Below the pieces are notes generated by a model. That model searched no databases, was not told the origin of the DNA, and saw only the letters and a list, made by a program, of their open reading frames with translations. A stretch of DNA of 51,615 bases, the filler included, from Dirinaria sp. TL-2023a (Eukaryota), in the NCBI GenBank assembly GCA_051941275.1. It is 2 parts of 2 records of this genome, joined end to end, with 100 filler letters (N's around TTAATTAATTAA, not from the genome) between each part and the next. Parts side by side here need not be neighbours in the genome. Positions count along the whole stretch, not along the records: positions 25,892 to 51,615 come from JAVEBF010000170.1; 1 more part is not named here. The stretch is one strand, 5' to 3'. The position numbers and the translations under genes are program-made. Every line of letters starts with the position of its first letter. The stretch's first letter is position 1. This document shows, in pieces, positions 37,048-49,773 of this stretch.

Positions 37048-39186
37048 ATGCCTTCCTCGATCGGCTCCGACGCCTTTGCTCTTCTCTCCATCCTCGTCAT
37101 ATCTGTCCTGGTCCTCCTGCTGCTCCGCCATTACCTGCCGCTCCGCTCAACCCCTGCCTATCTGACTGTGCCTGTGTTCCTTGGTATCGCTCTTCCTGTC
37201 AGCATTATACTTTTGGTTCCGATAGATCTTGCTTCAAGTTCGAGGGTCGAAGATGAGGGTGCAAGAGGGATATGGCTTCCCGAACGAGCCATCCTGGTTG
37301 CGTGGCGCATTACATACTGGTTGACCTTCGCTCTGACGTGGTATGGAAAATGGAACGGAGATGCGTGGGATGGTCATTAACTTCCAATGCACAGGTTTAT
37401 TCTTCCGCTACTCGGCGAGTACGTGGATTCCGGCTATCGAACGCCCAGGGATCGCTTCCTCTACTCGGTACGGTCCAATGCACGATACCAGCTTATTGTA
37501 CTCGGTTGTGCAATTGCTGCAGCCGTTTATGTCTTTCTGCAGAATGGCTTCCAAGGGACATCTGTCAAAGCCCTGGTCATGGCCTTGGCGTATTGCTGGG
37601 GTCTCGTCTTCGCCATCTATCTTATGGGTCATGGTCTGGTAGCCGTGCCGCGACGGCTAGTCCGGAACGCGAATATGCCAGGGCGACTGCGGAGGATACA
37701 AACCCAAGCGCCCAGGATTCATGATCGTCTAACGACTGGGATAGCGGAGCTTGAGGATCTTGAAGCTCAGTTGACACTGTTACGACAACGCAAGAATGCC
37801 ATCTCAAGAGACCACGAAGAATGGGTCGAAGAGCTTGCAGACTCGTCAGAGTTGCCCGAGTCACGCCTAGTATCCAGTGCATCCAATACTGCAAGAGCGC
37901 CAATGCCGGCTGTAGTGACAGACCGGTACCTTGCAGAATTAACGAGGAAATTGGTTCGCGCTCGCCACAAGCGTATACGCTTCATTGACGCGTGGGATCG
38001 ACTCGTGCAGGATGCCGTGGAAGTTCAAGCCGTTATCGATGCCGCAGCGACTAAGAGACTGGACTTCGGAAGGTCCCCACCGCATGCTCCAGTTCTCCAC
38101 CGCATAACTGTATTGACCCCGTATACGCGATACCTCCTCTACTCGAGGGTCATACCTGGATTCCGGCTCATTCTCGCAGCGATCCTTGCCCTTGCCTCGA
38201 TCTCCGTAGTCTGGTCCGAACTAGTCAAGTTCGTTGCACCGAAGCTTTCCATCATCAGTTTGACCGTCGTCGGCCATCGCAAGGACGGCGATGGAGAAGT
38301 GACGTTCACTGGTCAGCTAATGGCGGTTTTGTGGCTCACGTACATGTGCACAGCGACCCTGGCTAGTTTCGAAGATGTGAAGGTATGGGGCAACCGCGCT
38401 CTTGTGCCAAGAAACACTTACGGTGAGAGCGCGGTCTGGTATTCTGGCCAAATCGCCAAGCTCACCGTGCCTCTCGCATACAACTTTGTCACTTTCTTGC
38501 CACGGGATGTGCACCGGGAGACCACTTTCTACCACTTTCTTGGCAGCTTAATCAACCTGACGCCCCTAGGAAAAGGCTTTGATTATTTTTTCCCTATCTT
38601 TATACTGCTGCCCATCTGTGCGACATTGTTTCATGTGTACGCACGTGCCAAAAACTTGTTCGGCTTCGGCATTCTTGGAGAAGATGACGAAGAAAGTCCG
38701 CCAGGCTTCGGAGCAGGAGGGTGGCCAGAAGGGCGCGAGTTGATTGAGCGTGAGTTGAACGGCACTTCGCGTCTAGGTCTTACTCGTCGCGATGGCAGCT
38801 CATATACACGAGCTCCAAGCAACGCCTCGCCCGTTGGAGCTAGCGCGCGCCAGAGTCAGCTTCCACTGCATAGCCAGACATCGGCTCCAACTGCTCGGCC
38901 GCAATCCGATCGGAGGACGACCGATCAGGACCAAGCGCAAAGACTGGCTGAAGCCACACGCGCGGCCGAAGAAGCGGACGAAAATGTTTTCTCGGGCTTT
39001 GCGCACCGTGTGCGAAACACTTTCGATACCGTCGAGAGACCGGAATGGCTATCCGATCTCGGCAAACGACCGAAGTGGATGAGTGGGGTGAACAACGGTG
39101 GCGAGAACAGTGGCCGAGCAGATTCAGGGAGGGGCATGGGCAGATGGTTTGGAGGGAGGCCTGCCGATGGCCGGGTTCGACTTTGA
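37048..39186 (+). CDS. LMBR1-domain membrane protein (LMBRD2-like)
   Basis: Exons 37048-37340 and 37395-39186. LLVPIDL, WRITYWLTFALTWFILPLLGEYVDSG, MALAYCWGL..IYLMGHGLVAVPR, KLTVPLAYNF. Confidence 0.88.
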
Positions 39187-40726
39187 TATGGCGCCGTGTT
39201 CATGATATGCATGCATAGCGAGGGAAACTTCGGAGAGGTCGTGGCGTCAGTGTGGTCATCAATCATGATTTAGGGGAAGAAGATCTATGTACAGCGATGT
39301 TTGACGACAGGCACGACACGGTCTTGCAATTGTTTTGCGCGTTCTGAACAAGGCATCGAGGTGATTTCAAGCGTCTAGGAGCTGGAGGATCGTGTACCAG
39401 GCAAGGTATCGTGATCCACATGCTCGCAAAAACCCATGGACCGGAGACAATGTCAAGTGCATGCGCAGTTTACAACCCGCCTCGGCGATGGTTTTGTCCT
39501 CACAACCAGCGAAAAGCAGTGGTCCTCTTCGATCCAGGACGTCGAATCGCACACATCGTACTGTGCGGGATGAGCGTAGGCAATAATAATTGACAGTTCG
39601 CCGCAATAGTAATACGCACGGTGACGCAGATTGTGATCCGTGCATAAGGTACCTTACGTGTTCAGAAAATCGCAAATTGGTATGCTGGAGAGTTTAAAGT
39701 TTGATGAAATTCTCTATCGAGCCTCCATAGTTGACGCTATGACTGTTCAGCCCATGGAGATCTGACTGGATGAAGGGCTGCGATATGATGGATAACGCTG
39801 GCTTTTGCCCCGGCTTTTGGCTGTTGAAGGAAATGGCGAACTGGATTACCTTATGCATAAAGTACATAGAGCTTACGGAGTACCTTAAGTATCATAAGGG
39901 GATGTCAAGTGCGGAGATAAAGTAAGACACCTGATTACCTGAAGTTAAATGAAAAACGACCTCGGGTGATTTCCGATATCTTATGTACCTACCAGCAAGC
40001 GTTTCTTGCAAAGCTTGATTTGATGATGCTGCAGCACTGCATTAAGTACATATTTATGATGGGTGACAGTACATACCTTACCACATACCGTACCTTAGCG
40101 CTTTCATAAGGGTTAGTAGGTAAGGTAGTGCCAAGAGACCATGTTATGAGGAACCATCAGGCACTTTACTAAGGTAGGTACAGGACGTACATACAGCGTG
40201 AACTAAGCTACCTTAAGGTACAGCAGGCACTTATCCCACATTATTATGTACTCGTACCTTAACGTTATGCTAAGCTGAGCAGCAACCACCACAAACAAAT
40301 ATCCCCCGCAACCCCAAACAACTCACCTGTACGCCTCCCCTTACTGGCAATTGAACCCAGCTCGAGTACTGATTACGCAGACTATACATAACCGTCCTAC
40401 AGCAACAATCACCTCCGCGCAATTGCTCTGTCCTGGGTCTCTCGTCTCTACCAACTTCCGATTTCCGAAGCGCCCAGGAAGAAGATACTTGAACGGAGGT
40501 TGGAATCTAGAGCACACGACCGCTTAACTATTTGGGGGCCTTCACCAATCAGTAAACATCGGGACAAACAACCTCTGCCAACTCAACCGTTCCACCCCGA
40601 GATACTGTACATACCCGTTGGTGGGGTCGCGACAATGCGCGGCAGGTGGTAGAAGAGAACTTCAAAGGAAATTATAAAGGCAGAGTACATCGCGTACCAA
40701 ACAACAGCTAGCTCATGTAGCAGAAG

Positions 40727-42910
40727 ATGGCAGCTGTATCGACTTTCCCCTCTGATATGGGTCTAAAGTCAGGAGGTGTAGAGCCAGATCCTAATCCCTG
40801 GCAGCACCATGGGCGGAGTAATCAGGACGTGAGTCTATCCATTTGCTTCTCTTTACTGGCATGTCCAATCTACTGTTGCGCTGTTGAACCATGACTTGAT
40901 TCTTGCTCTCTCAACAAAAGCTAGTCCCTATTTCAATCATGGCCCCCACCAGCACGCTGACTTCCTTATCAATTATAGCGAACAGCAACACCGTTTACCC
41001 AGCCATTTACTCCCGTTCAGCAGGCCGATCAACATCCAAGACCGAACGTCAGACATCCGTCACGCCAGCAAGCAAATGGTGCCTCCAAATATTCCCACGC
41101 TGTCGCTCAACACCTGAACGGAGAACAAGAAGGCCGTCACGACTCAGCTCAAACATCCCAACCTCCTGCTCCACCCAATGACTCTAATTTCCTATCACCC
41201 TACAAACACAACGCGGCAAACGGCGCCAACGCGAGCAGAAGTGGAAGTGAAGCAGATAGTCTGCTCGACCTTTATGGTCAACCAAGAAGTATAGCCGGCA
41301 GCATAGAGCGAAGGGATAACAGGACACCCCCTCATACAGTCCCAAATGTACCGAACAGCCCAGAAATTCTCTATGTGAGCAGAGAAGACCCTGATAGTTC
41401 GAAATGGGTACACCGAGATAAGTTGGCCCTAATCGAAAGCCACGAGCTTCAGGAAGCTGGTATCAAAATACCCCGGCACAGCAGTCTTCGCGGGCGATCG
41501 AACAGTAAAAGTAAGAACAGAAGAGGGCAAAGCAAAGGCCATAGCCGGGGCCAGAGCGTGAATGGCGAAGAAAGCGAAATGCCACAAAGCAGGGACGGCA
41601 AGCGGCAGCGGATGCGCTCCCCAGAGCGGCAAGAGGAAGAAACCCCTGATGTCCCCATGGACTATGATCTGCGCACCCCAGAAGAAATTGTTGCAGCTCG
41701 TAACGAACCCACCTCATCGGCCTTGTATCGGCAACAGGGGCTCCGGGCTACTTCTAGCTCTTCGCGCATCCCACTCCCTACCTCCAGCCCTATGCCGATT
41801 CCACAGGAGCATCGCGAGCGACACATTCCTCTTCCCCGAACGCGCGGAGCGAGTGGCAGCTGGGCCGGGGAGGACGATCCAATCGCCTATCCCAAAAACC
41901 GCCGCAGAAGCCACAGCGGCGGCAGCCAGATCCTGCTCGACGACACAGACCCTCTGAACGGAACAACGACACCCATACCCGATCCAACAGCCAGCCAACA
42001 GGGCACTCCTTCTTCCACATCTCCGTCGAAAATCCGTTCCGCGAGCAGTAAACTCCTCCCCACCGCAGCCGCCGCTTCAGCGCGCAAAGCCTCCGCGGCG
42101 CTTCGCAACAACATCAACATGGCGGCCCCAGAACAGCCACAAGCACAAGCCCAGCCAAAACCACGCTCCACCTCCACAAACTCCGCTCGGGGCTCTCCAG
42201 CAGCAGCATCAGGAACAAGACCGAAGTCGCGCTCTGGCCTTGAACCCCGCCCTGCTACCGCAATCAACCGGCCCGAGGGCGAAGCACCATGGTTAGCCAC
42301 GATGTACAAACCCGACCCCCGCTTACCGCCGGACCAACAGGTAATTCCGACGCATGCGAAGAAATTACAGCAACAGCAGCAACAACGCGAACAACAAGGG
42401 CGGAGCGCAGACCAACAACCAGTAGAAGACATTCGAAACCGAGGAAGGGCCCAAGGGCAGAGAGATAAAGAAAGTGCCTTCAGCCCCGTAGCAGTACACA
42501 CGAACAACGGTCTGCAACCCCCAAGCCCATCGAGCAGAACGGACATCCCAACCCCCGTCCCTTCCCCACGCGCCCTGAACGAAAAGAGTTCGGCCGAGAA
42601 ACCTGGCTGGCCGCTCAAGGTGTCGCCTTCACCTAATCCCGACACTACCCACCTTCCTGCAAGTACTCCCGCGGTAGGAGGGACTCACAATTCTCCTGGC
42701 AGCGCAGCAGCAGCAGCACAAGTGGGAAGCAACAATGGTGGTTATAGCACGATGCCGAAAGTCGCTCCTAGTGGTACTAGCCCCTCTACGCCTACCCATC
42801 CGCGGACACAAGCTATGCCGATGGCGATGGGGATGGGAATGGGGATGGATGAGAAGGCCGTGGGGAAGGAGAAGGAGAAAGGGTGTGGTGGGTGCTGTGT
42901 GGTTATGTGA
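40727..42910 (+). CDS. teaR: TeaR-like prenylated cell-end marker receptor
   Basis: Exons 40727-40828 and 40979-42910. Blocks SEADSLLDLY, SKWVHRDKLALIES.EL, RPEGEAPWLATMYKPDPRLPPDQQVIPTHAK. C-terminal CAAX GCCVVM. Confidence 0.78.
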
Positions 42911-43566
42911 ATTGAATCGAACCGAATCGAGATGATTGCTACCTATGCTATGGGACTTACGATGGGGAGGTTTGTATTTACTCAGGGAGGGAGGAGGGTA
43001 GCGAGCATAGCTGGTTACTAGGTGTGAGTGGGAAGTTGCGGAGTTGTATATACCTCTTTTATTTCGAGAGCTTACTTTATAAGCTTCGCTGCGCGCTCTG
43101 AACAAATGGGCTGTTTGATGCCACGCGGGGCCCCGTTTGGGGTCAAGAGCTCAAAGGCTGTCAGTCGACTATTGATGCTGCGCTCATAGGCTCTAACTGT
43201 GAATGAGGTCGAGGAATGCATGGTCTGATTTGAGAGCGGTATTTATGCGAAAAGATCCATTCTCTTTTTCTGTGCTGTGCTCTAATCTTTGCAGACTACT
43301 AATGATCTCACAGCGGAAGAGTTGCTGAGAGAGTGTGGGGAAGCGTGTAGGCAGATTCTCAAGTTAAGCTCCCTCCTTGACTCTAAAATAACTTTTTCAG
43401 TAAGTGCTGACTAGGACCTGACATCCTTCAGTTGCTCTTATTTACACCTGCAGCCGATTTGCGCGGCATCTCGGACGAGTCACAGTGACCCGGCTCAGTT
43501 GAAGAGCTGCTGTCCGTATCACCATAGCAGCCATGTCTGGTTTGATAGATAAATTGCTGACTTTCG

Positions 43567-44340
43567 CTAGCGACGGATGACGTAGTAGAAAATCTGCAGT
43601 TCATGCGCTAAAGCTTTTGCGTCTTCCTCACTATAGAGCTCCATGTCCAGCAGAGTACCGGATTTTAAAGAAATCTTAACTTTAGTGCTGTCATGGACGC
43701 AAAGCTCTGAGAGCAAAACAGGATAGAACGGCCAAAAGAGCCAAGTGCAGAATATCGGGCTGGGTGCTGACTCACTGTCGGTTTCGAGCTTGAAACTAAA
43801 AGTGGTTCGGTCGTCGCTCCAGAGGAAAAGAAACTGCTCTCGCGGCGGGTCGCTTTTGTATCCGGAGCTATCCGTCTCATTTTCTCTATCACTTGGGTTA
43901 TACGCCTCCAATGTACGCAACAGATAGCGGGTGCGGGGGCCATAATGATTGAACTTGGTCGTGCAAGGTCAGTGCTGTGCGCTAGTAAGATCATAGGAGC
44001 TTCCTACCCTCTGTTTCTTGCCACTCGCCCGGTGTGCCATGGACTTAGAACGAAGAAAAAGGTCCACTAGGACGTCGCAGATCTCATCCATCACAGGCAG
44101 CACAGCACCGAGTGCTAAGAGCTCCTTGCGGATCACTTTGAAACGCACCAGGTGCTCCTCGCTGTACGCCAGCTGGGCCAAGTTGAGGAGTAAAGCTTTA
44201 GCATCTTGCATTATGGCCTCAAGAACCTTATCCAATTTCGCGGCACTGGTGTCTGGCAAGTCTCCGCGGACCGAGGACAATTCCTCAAGGTCCGTGAAGA
44301 AGCCTTTGAGGTCATCATCTAGAGAGCACGTTGAAGGCAT
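43567..44340 (-). CDS. Orphan protein A (~239 aa): helical N-terminus + putative PH-like C-terminal domain
   Basis: Exons 44340-44008 and 43953-43567 join in frame (GTAGGA donor, CTGAC branch, AAG acceptor). Ends VKISLKSGTLLDMELYSEEDAKALAHELQ. Confidence 0.7.
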
Positions 44341-46279
44341 GACTTGTGCAAGGGGAGCCTTGATCAGCGCCTACGGTTGACGAATTTTCAATCAGCAGCC
44401 ATTAGAGATCTTATGACCGACTCCAGCTGAATAAATCGACAACAGTGATCATCATTGTAAAGAGCAAACAAAAATTTTGACCTCGGTTGATGAAGAACAG
44501 AAAGCTTTTTGCATTCACTTCCCTTAACGAGCAAGCGCTAAGCGCCGGATGAGGAAGTCGCAACACAATATATGATACGGGACTTTGTGAGTGCAAGCAC
44601 TTGAAGCTCGACCTGATCACGTTTGGATCAATACCTTGTGATGGAGGTGGTTCTAGCAAAGATACATTCTAGCCGTTACGATGTAGGCACCTGCTTCTCG
44701 ACGACGCATTTCTCCGATGCTCTATCCATCGCTCAAGCTTTAATGTGGACTGAATAACAACTAACAAGTTCACAATAGGGAGAAGGAGAACGTTAGATAG
44801 ATATCAGAGCATATCGAAAAAGCGAAGATGGCCTTGTATTATACGGAACACACACTTTTTGCGTACCAGACTGCGATGAGAAGCGCCGATCCCACTTGTC
44901 AATTGGCAAAATAATCGATCCTCACTCGTGCTAACGTATAGAGCAAATAGACCGGCATAAAAGTCCATCACGGCATCCAATCATAATACTAGCAAGTAAA
45001 CCGCAAGAACGAGCTTCGATGCATTTGCTATGATCAAAAAAGCGAATCAGAGATCAAGATCAAATACACGAGAGCGCAACCCTCACCAGTAATGTCTGCG
45101 TCTTGAAACTTCGAAACGAATAGCATGCACCATCGATTCCCACGTGCAACAACCGCCATAACTGCTTCCTCTTCTTGCTTTACAGCTTTGCAATTCTGGA
45201 AGCTATGAGCATTCACTCACTCATCACTACGCAATCAACACAAAAGCAATTTAGTTCGTCTCATACCGAGACTCCAGAACGAAGAGGAAAATCATCATCG
45301 TTTCCCGTCTAGGGAGTATGGAAAAGCACCGGCGCGCGACCCAGATTCTCAAACCCCGTGATCACAAACATACAGCTTTTCGACGTGAACGACAACTCCT
45401 CAACCCTTCCTGCCCTGACAGAGTTCCACAGAGCTGCACTGCCGATATAGACAACGAAATTGCCATCGTTGTGTCAAATCAAGGGACAGGTCCACATGGA
45501 ACAGTCATGCCGCCCTGTATTACTAGATCAGATGAACGCGCTGCTGTATGCATGAAACACGCAAAAATTCGTCAACAGCTCCATGGCAATGGTGCAACTC
45601 GTTTGACAATGGGCATTGACCAAAGGACAGCCGTTGGGGGATATCTTACGTAACGAAGTCACCATCCCCTTGGAAGTAGGAGTCCGTGCCAATCAAAAAG
45701 CTGACGAAGTGCTCGCTTGAGGGCTACAAATTGTGATATTGGTTGGTACTGAATCGACACATTTGGGGAAAAGCGTGCGGTTGGAGGATGTTGGTAGGTG
45801 CAGTTGCCGCTGAGGCGATTATTGGGAGCACAGTAGGAAACAAAGTCTTGACAGGATGGGGCTGATCTGATGGGTGAGTACATACAAATGCTAAGAGGCA
45901 AAAATACGGCGCCTTCTCATATGTACTCATCGAGTATCCAGACTGCTCATGTCTTTTCCGAATACATCTTGCACTTTATCTTGTACACGCCCCGAATATC
46001 CTAGATGTGCTTTCAATGCCTCGGGGACTAGCATTGATAAAGGTTATAGCTTTGTGTTTTAGGCCTCGTCGCTGCTAGAGGTGACTGTATAACAAGCAAA
46101 GACTGCCTAAAAATGCTGATTCTAGCGCCAACAACTCCCCCGATCTTTGCAGCCGATACCTGGAGTGAGTGTGTTGGCAAAAGAGGGCCTAATTCTTTAT
46201 CGACGGCGACATTGAGGTCGTGGTGGAAGGAAGAGGAAGTGCTGATGAGGTCTCAGAGACACTGTATGCGCAATTTGCC

Positions 46280-46480
46280 ATGAGCAATGGCAATTGCACA
46301 CCAGAAAGAGTGGTAACATCATCATACCAATATGCATACCTGCCATGCTAATATGCGCACGCAATGGCAATTGCCGATGAACAATGACAATTATACACTG
46401 GAGGTGACATGAACAGCCAGAGCGATCAGTTGATCAGTTCATTACGCACACACAATGGCAATTGCACGCCGGAGGTAGAA
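46280..46480. repeat. Short degenerate dispersed repeat CAATGGCAATTGC
   Basis: Four copies near 46285, 46362, 46382 and 46453, some extending to CACNCCRGA. Confidence 0.55.
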
Positions 46481-46949
46481 TTCTGAATGAATGATAATGG
46501 CAAGAGCATGCTCGCGTGCGCAGGAATATCATCAGTGGCCTCAAATGCACGCTTGAGGTAGCATCAACGACCCTAACGATCTAGGTATCGGCATCCAGAC
46601 ATTTCTCTCTAGCTAAGCTAGGCGCTTCAATTTTCAATTTGTTCTCTACAACAAGCTCGGAAATCGTGTCAATCATCGCTCAAAAGGGTCAGCGCTACTG
46701 CAATTTGACTGCAGCTGAATTGAGAGCTGAGGTGGGTCAATGACAAAAAGCATCCTGAAAGAAATCAAAAAAAATCGCTCGAGCGCAGGTAGCTGCTCGC
46801 TCTCTGTTCACGCAATACTATAATTCCCTAAAACCTCGAGTCTCTTGCGGATGCACCAAGGAACGAATTTGAAGTTATTGAAAAGAGCGGGATTTGATGA
46901 CCATTAAAAGAAAAAGAAACCTATCTATGCGCACGAAGCAGATACATAT

Positions 46950-47705
46950 CTAAACTCTTGCCAAAAACTTGATGTCACTCACCAACTTATTCGCCTGTTC
47001 TTGGGAGCCCAATCTAAAGCACATACTACCCCCTCCATGCATCAAGACCACTACCCATGCTTGACCCGAGTATGCGAAAAGGCTTACCGAAACAGCAGAA
47101 TCAAGTGCCAACGTGATTCCATTGAAAAAGGTCCCTCCATTCATATAACCCACCACTCGGTATTGAGTCCGCGTGTGGCTTAGGACGAGGCTCCACACGT
47201 CCGGTACACCATGCGTCGAATCGGTGATTGCGCCCCTTATAAACATGAGACTTATGCGGTGCACCTTAGTCACGCCTGCCAAAATACTAACTCGAGAAAG
47301 CTCCAGGCGTTGTGCTCTGACGAGGTGTTTGAGTCGGTTGTCGATCATTTCCTCGACATGGCAATTCTCCCCGTGGTAGTTGCTGAATTCCCTCTGAAGC
47401 TTGATCAGCCGATGCAAGACAGCTAGCTGTTGGCTCTCGTCCCCAGTAATCGGAGAATTGGATATAGTGGTGACCTTGTGCATGATCACATCCTGGACCG
47501 CCGAGAGCTGACCGATTCGAAGATTTGGTAGAAGGCGCACCCACTCGGAAAGTAAATCCACCTCACGCAGCGTTTGCTCTGGTCGATTGCCGCAGGAATC
47601 ACGGATCCGCACATCGTCATTGATGAAATTCCGTAAAGCAGGTAGATGTTCGAGGAAGGCAGCTGGGTTAATGGCCTGGAGTCCTTTTGCGTATAGAGGT
47701 GCCAT
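46950..47705 (-). CDS. Orphan protein B (~251 aa): helical N-terminus + putative PH-like C-terminal domain
   Basis: Open frame from ATG 47705, TATATAAA ~90 nt upstream on the minus strand. Ends WVVVLMHGGGSMCFRLGSQEQANKLVSDIK. Confidence 0.7.
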   Translation of the reverse strand: MAPLYAKGLQAINPAAFLEHLPALRNFINDDVRIRDSCGNRPEQTLREVDLLSEWVRLLPNLRIGQLSAVQDVIMHKVTTISNSPITGDESQQLAVLHRLIKLQREFSNYHGENCHVEEMIDNRLKHLVRAQRLELSRVSILAGVTKVHRISLMFIRGAITDSTHGVPDVWSLVLSHTRTQYRVVGYMNGGTFFNGITLALDSAVSVSLFAYSGQAWVVVLMHGGGSMCFRLGSQEQANKLVSDIKFLARV

Positions 47706-48307
47706 GCGTACTGTTCGATATGAGTATGGAGATTCTTCGATAATGGAGACTGGCTTGGACACTATTAAGAAAAGCTGAGGAGACAAAAGGAGGTTTATAT
47801 ATAGTTAGTTAGAGAGAGTTCTAATGGGTGTGTTAGGAAATCGAGACAGCATTACTAGCCAATTGCAAATTCCTACCATAACACGCGCTCCCGGAACACC
47901 ATAGCGGCGCCTCATTGATTCCAACTTAGCACAATCTTTGTCGAGAAAAGGCACCATCGCTGCTCTCTAGCTTAAAAGGTGTTGAAACGCCGGAAATACT
48001 AAGTCATCACTTTATGCAAGTGTCCTGCCAACCTGTTCAACATTTGCTAGTCTCGGAGATGACCGCGTAACGAGTCGAACAAAAGCTCTGTTTGATAAAC
48101 AAAAACCCTGTCTAATAACTTATGGGTAATTTTCCAGAGCCATGGGAAATCAAACACGCATGCTAATATCTACCTAACCTACATAGATTGAAGGCTTTCT
48201 TTGTTATCACACAAAGACCCAGGCTACATCCACCAGTTCTCAAAGTCAAGGGCGCAAATCCTCGCACTTGTGTCAGAAAGTATCGGAGCATCTCAAATCT
48301 TTCGAAA

Positions 48308-49271
48308 ATGCCGACGCCCATCGAATTACTAAGGAGACCGTTCCATCCAGAATGTGAGGCAGTAAGAGATGAAGAACCTCTTGCACAACGCGTCGCTTAC
48401 GGCGTCCATCCTAAAAGCGTAAGTATGCTGCTTAAACCACTTTTCGAGGCGCGCTAATAGCAAGGTAAAGACACGTCCTCGGAACTTCTACCACATCATC
48501 TCGATCGGCAAAGACTCCATTGACGGTGGTTGGCCAAGAATACATAAAGAGTGGGAGCATCTCATCTTGACACGTCTCGATGATGACACGTTCGAAGTCA
48601 CGAGCCATATAATGGGACTTGCGACTCCACGCAAAACAGGCTACTTTGTGGGACCTGCGAATTATCGAGAGCTCAGTACCTCTGTTGATCACGAAATAAT
48701 AATCTTCGACCCTACAGATACAAGGTATCATGAGGATACGCCATTTGATGGTTGGTGGGTCAGCGTCCAGACACCAGGCGGTATTGTCAAAATCGTCTTC
48801 TTCACCAAGCGCGATATGTGCAGTTTCGCGCGGGAAATCATGGATATCGTAGACAAGGAAATCCGCACGACCTCATGGATCACTGTTCCGCTGCCACACT
48901 TCAATTCTCTCGAGAGTAGTCTTGCTAAGGTCCATAAGAACCCTTATGAACCGGACCATCAGCTTAACTTCTTTTCAGCCGCCTTCGACCATGACGACCC
49001 GTACATGGAGTGGTGGTTTATTATACAAGCTATTCTTGAAGCGGAAAATGACGAGCGCAGGACTCTTGGCCCCGCAGAGAGGCTCGGGGTTCTGAACAAA
49101 CCGCGAGTGAGGCCAGAGGACGAACTGGTGGAGTTTTCGGATCTTTCGGAAGAAGAACACCTCGAGCTTATCAATGGAGATCAGGGAAAGGAAACGGATT
49201 CGGAGATTTCGGAACTTCCGGAAGAGGAGTGGGAAGATCTCACGAAATGGATGGAAGATCAGAAGCTTTGA
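48308..49271 (+). CDS. Orphan protein C (~305 aa): putative PH-like domain + acidic tail
   Basis: Exons 48308-48418 and 48465-49271 (GTAAGT..GCTAAT..AAG). WVSVQTPGGIVKIVFFTKRDMCSFAREIM. E/D-rich C-terminus. Confidence 0.72.
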
Positions 49272-49773
49272 TATGGGTCTGACATGGCTCAAGATTGGCG
49301 TGCCGATTGTATGCAGATCATGTTGATACAGGGGAACACATTGTGTGATCCAGTCCCAGATGCTGCCGAATTAATTGCGTGTACTTTAGATGCACCTGAA
49401 AGTTCGACCCAGCTTATTCAATGAGCGGTCCTGGGTCTCTCAAGGTATCAAACTTCCCCATAGCATCTCCTTGATCCCTCTTGAACCCCCTTCAACCCTT
49501 AGTACGATCACGTGTTCAGAATAAGCGAGGCTTGGCAGTTTGTAACGATTCAGGGGAAGGGAAAGAACAAAGGACGACCTGACCAACAACCACATCAGTA
49601 CTCATAAACACATCATTCCATCCCAACTCTCCAAGATCCGGTAAGCACACTATTCATCCCATCACATACTTAGTGGGTTCTACATTTCGCCCCAACACTC
49701 ATCATCGACTATTATATCATCATCATCATCATCAACTTAAGGAAGGACAGACAAGCGGCTTTTCCGCCGAGAA

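Noticed and set aside
41887..42645. 252-aa antisense ORF within teaR, and similar shadow ORFs over other genes
   Set aside because: Explained by GC-rich codon usage of the sense gene.
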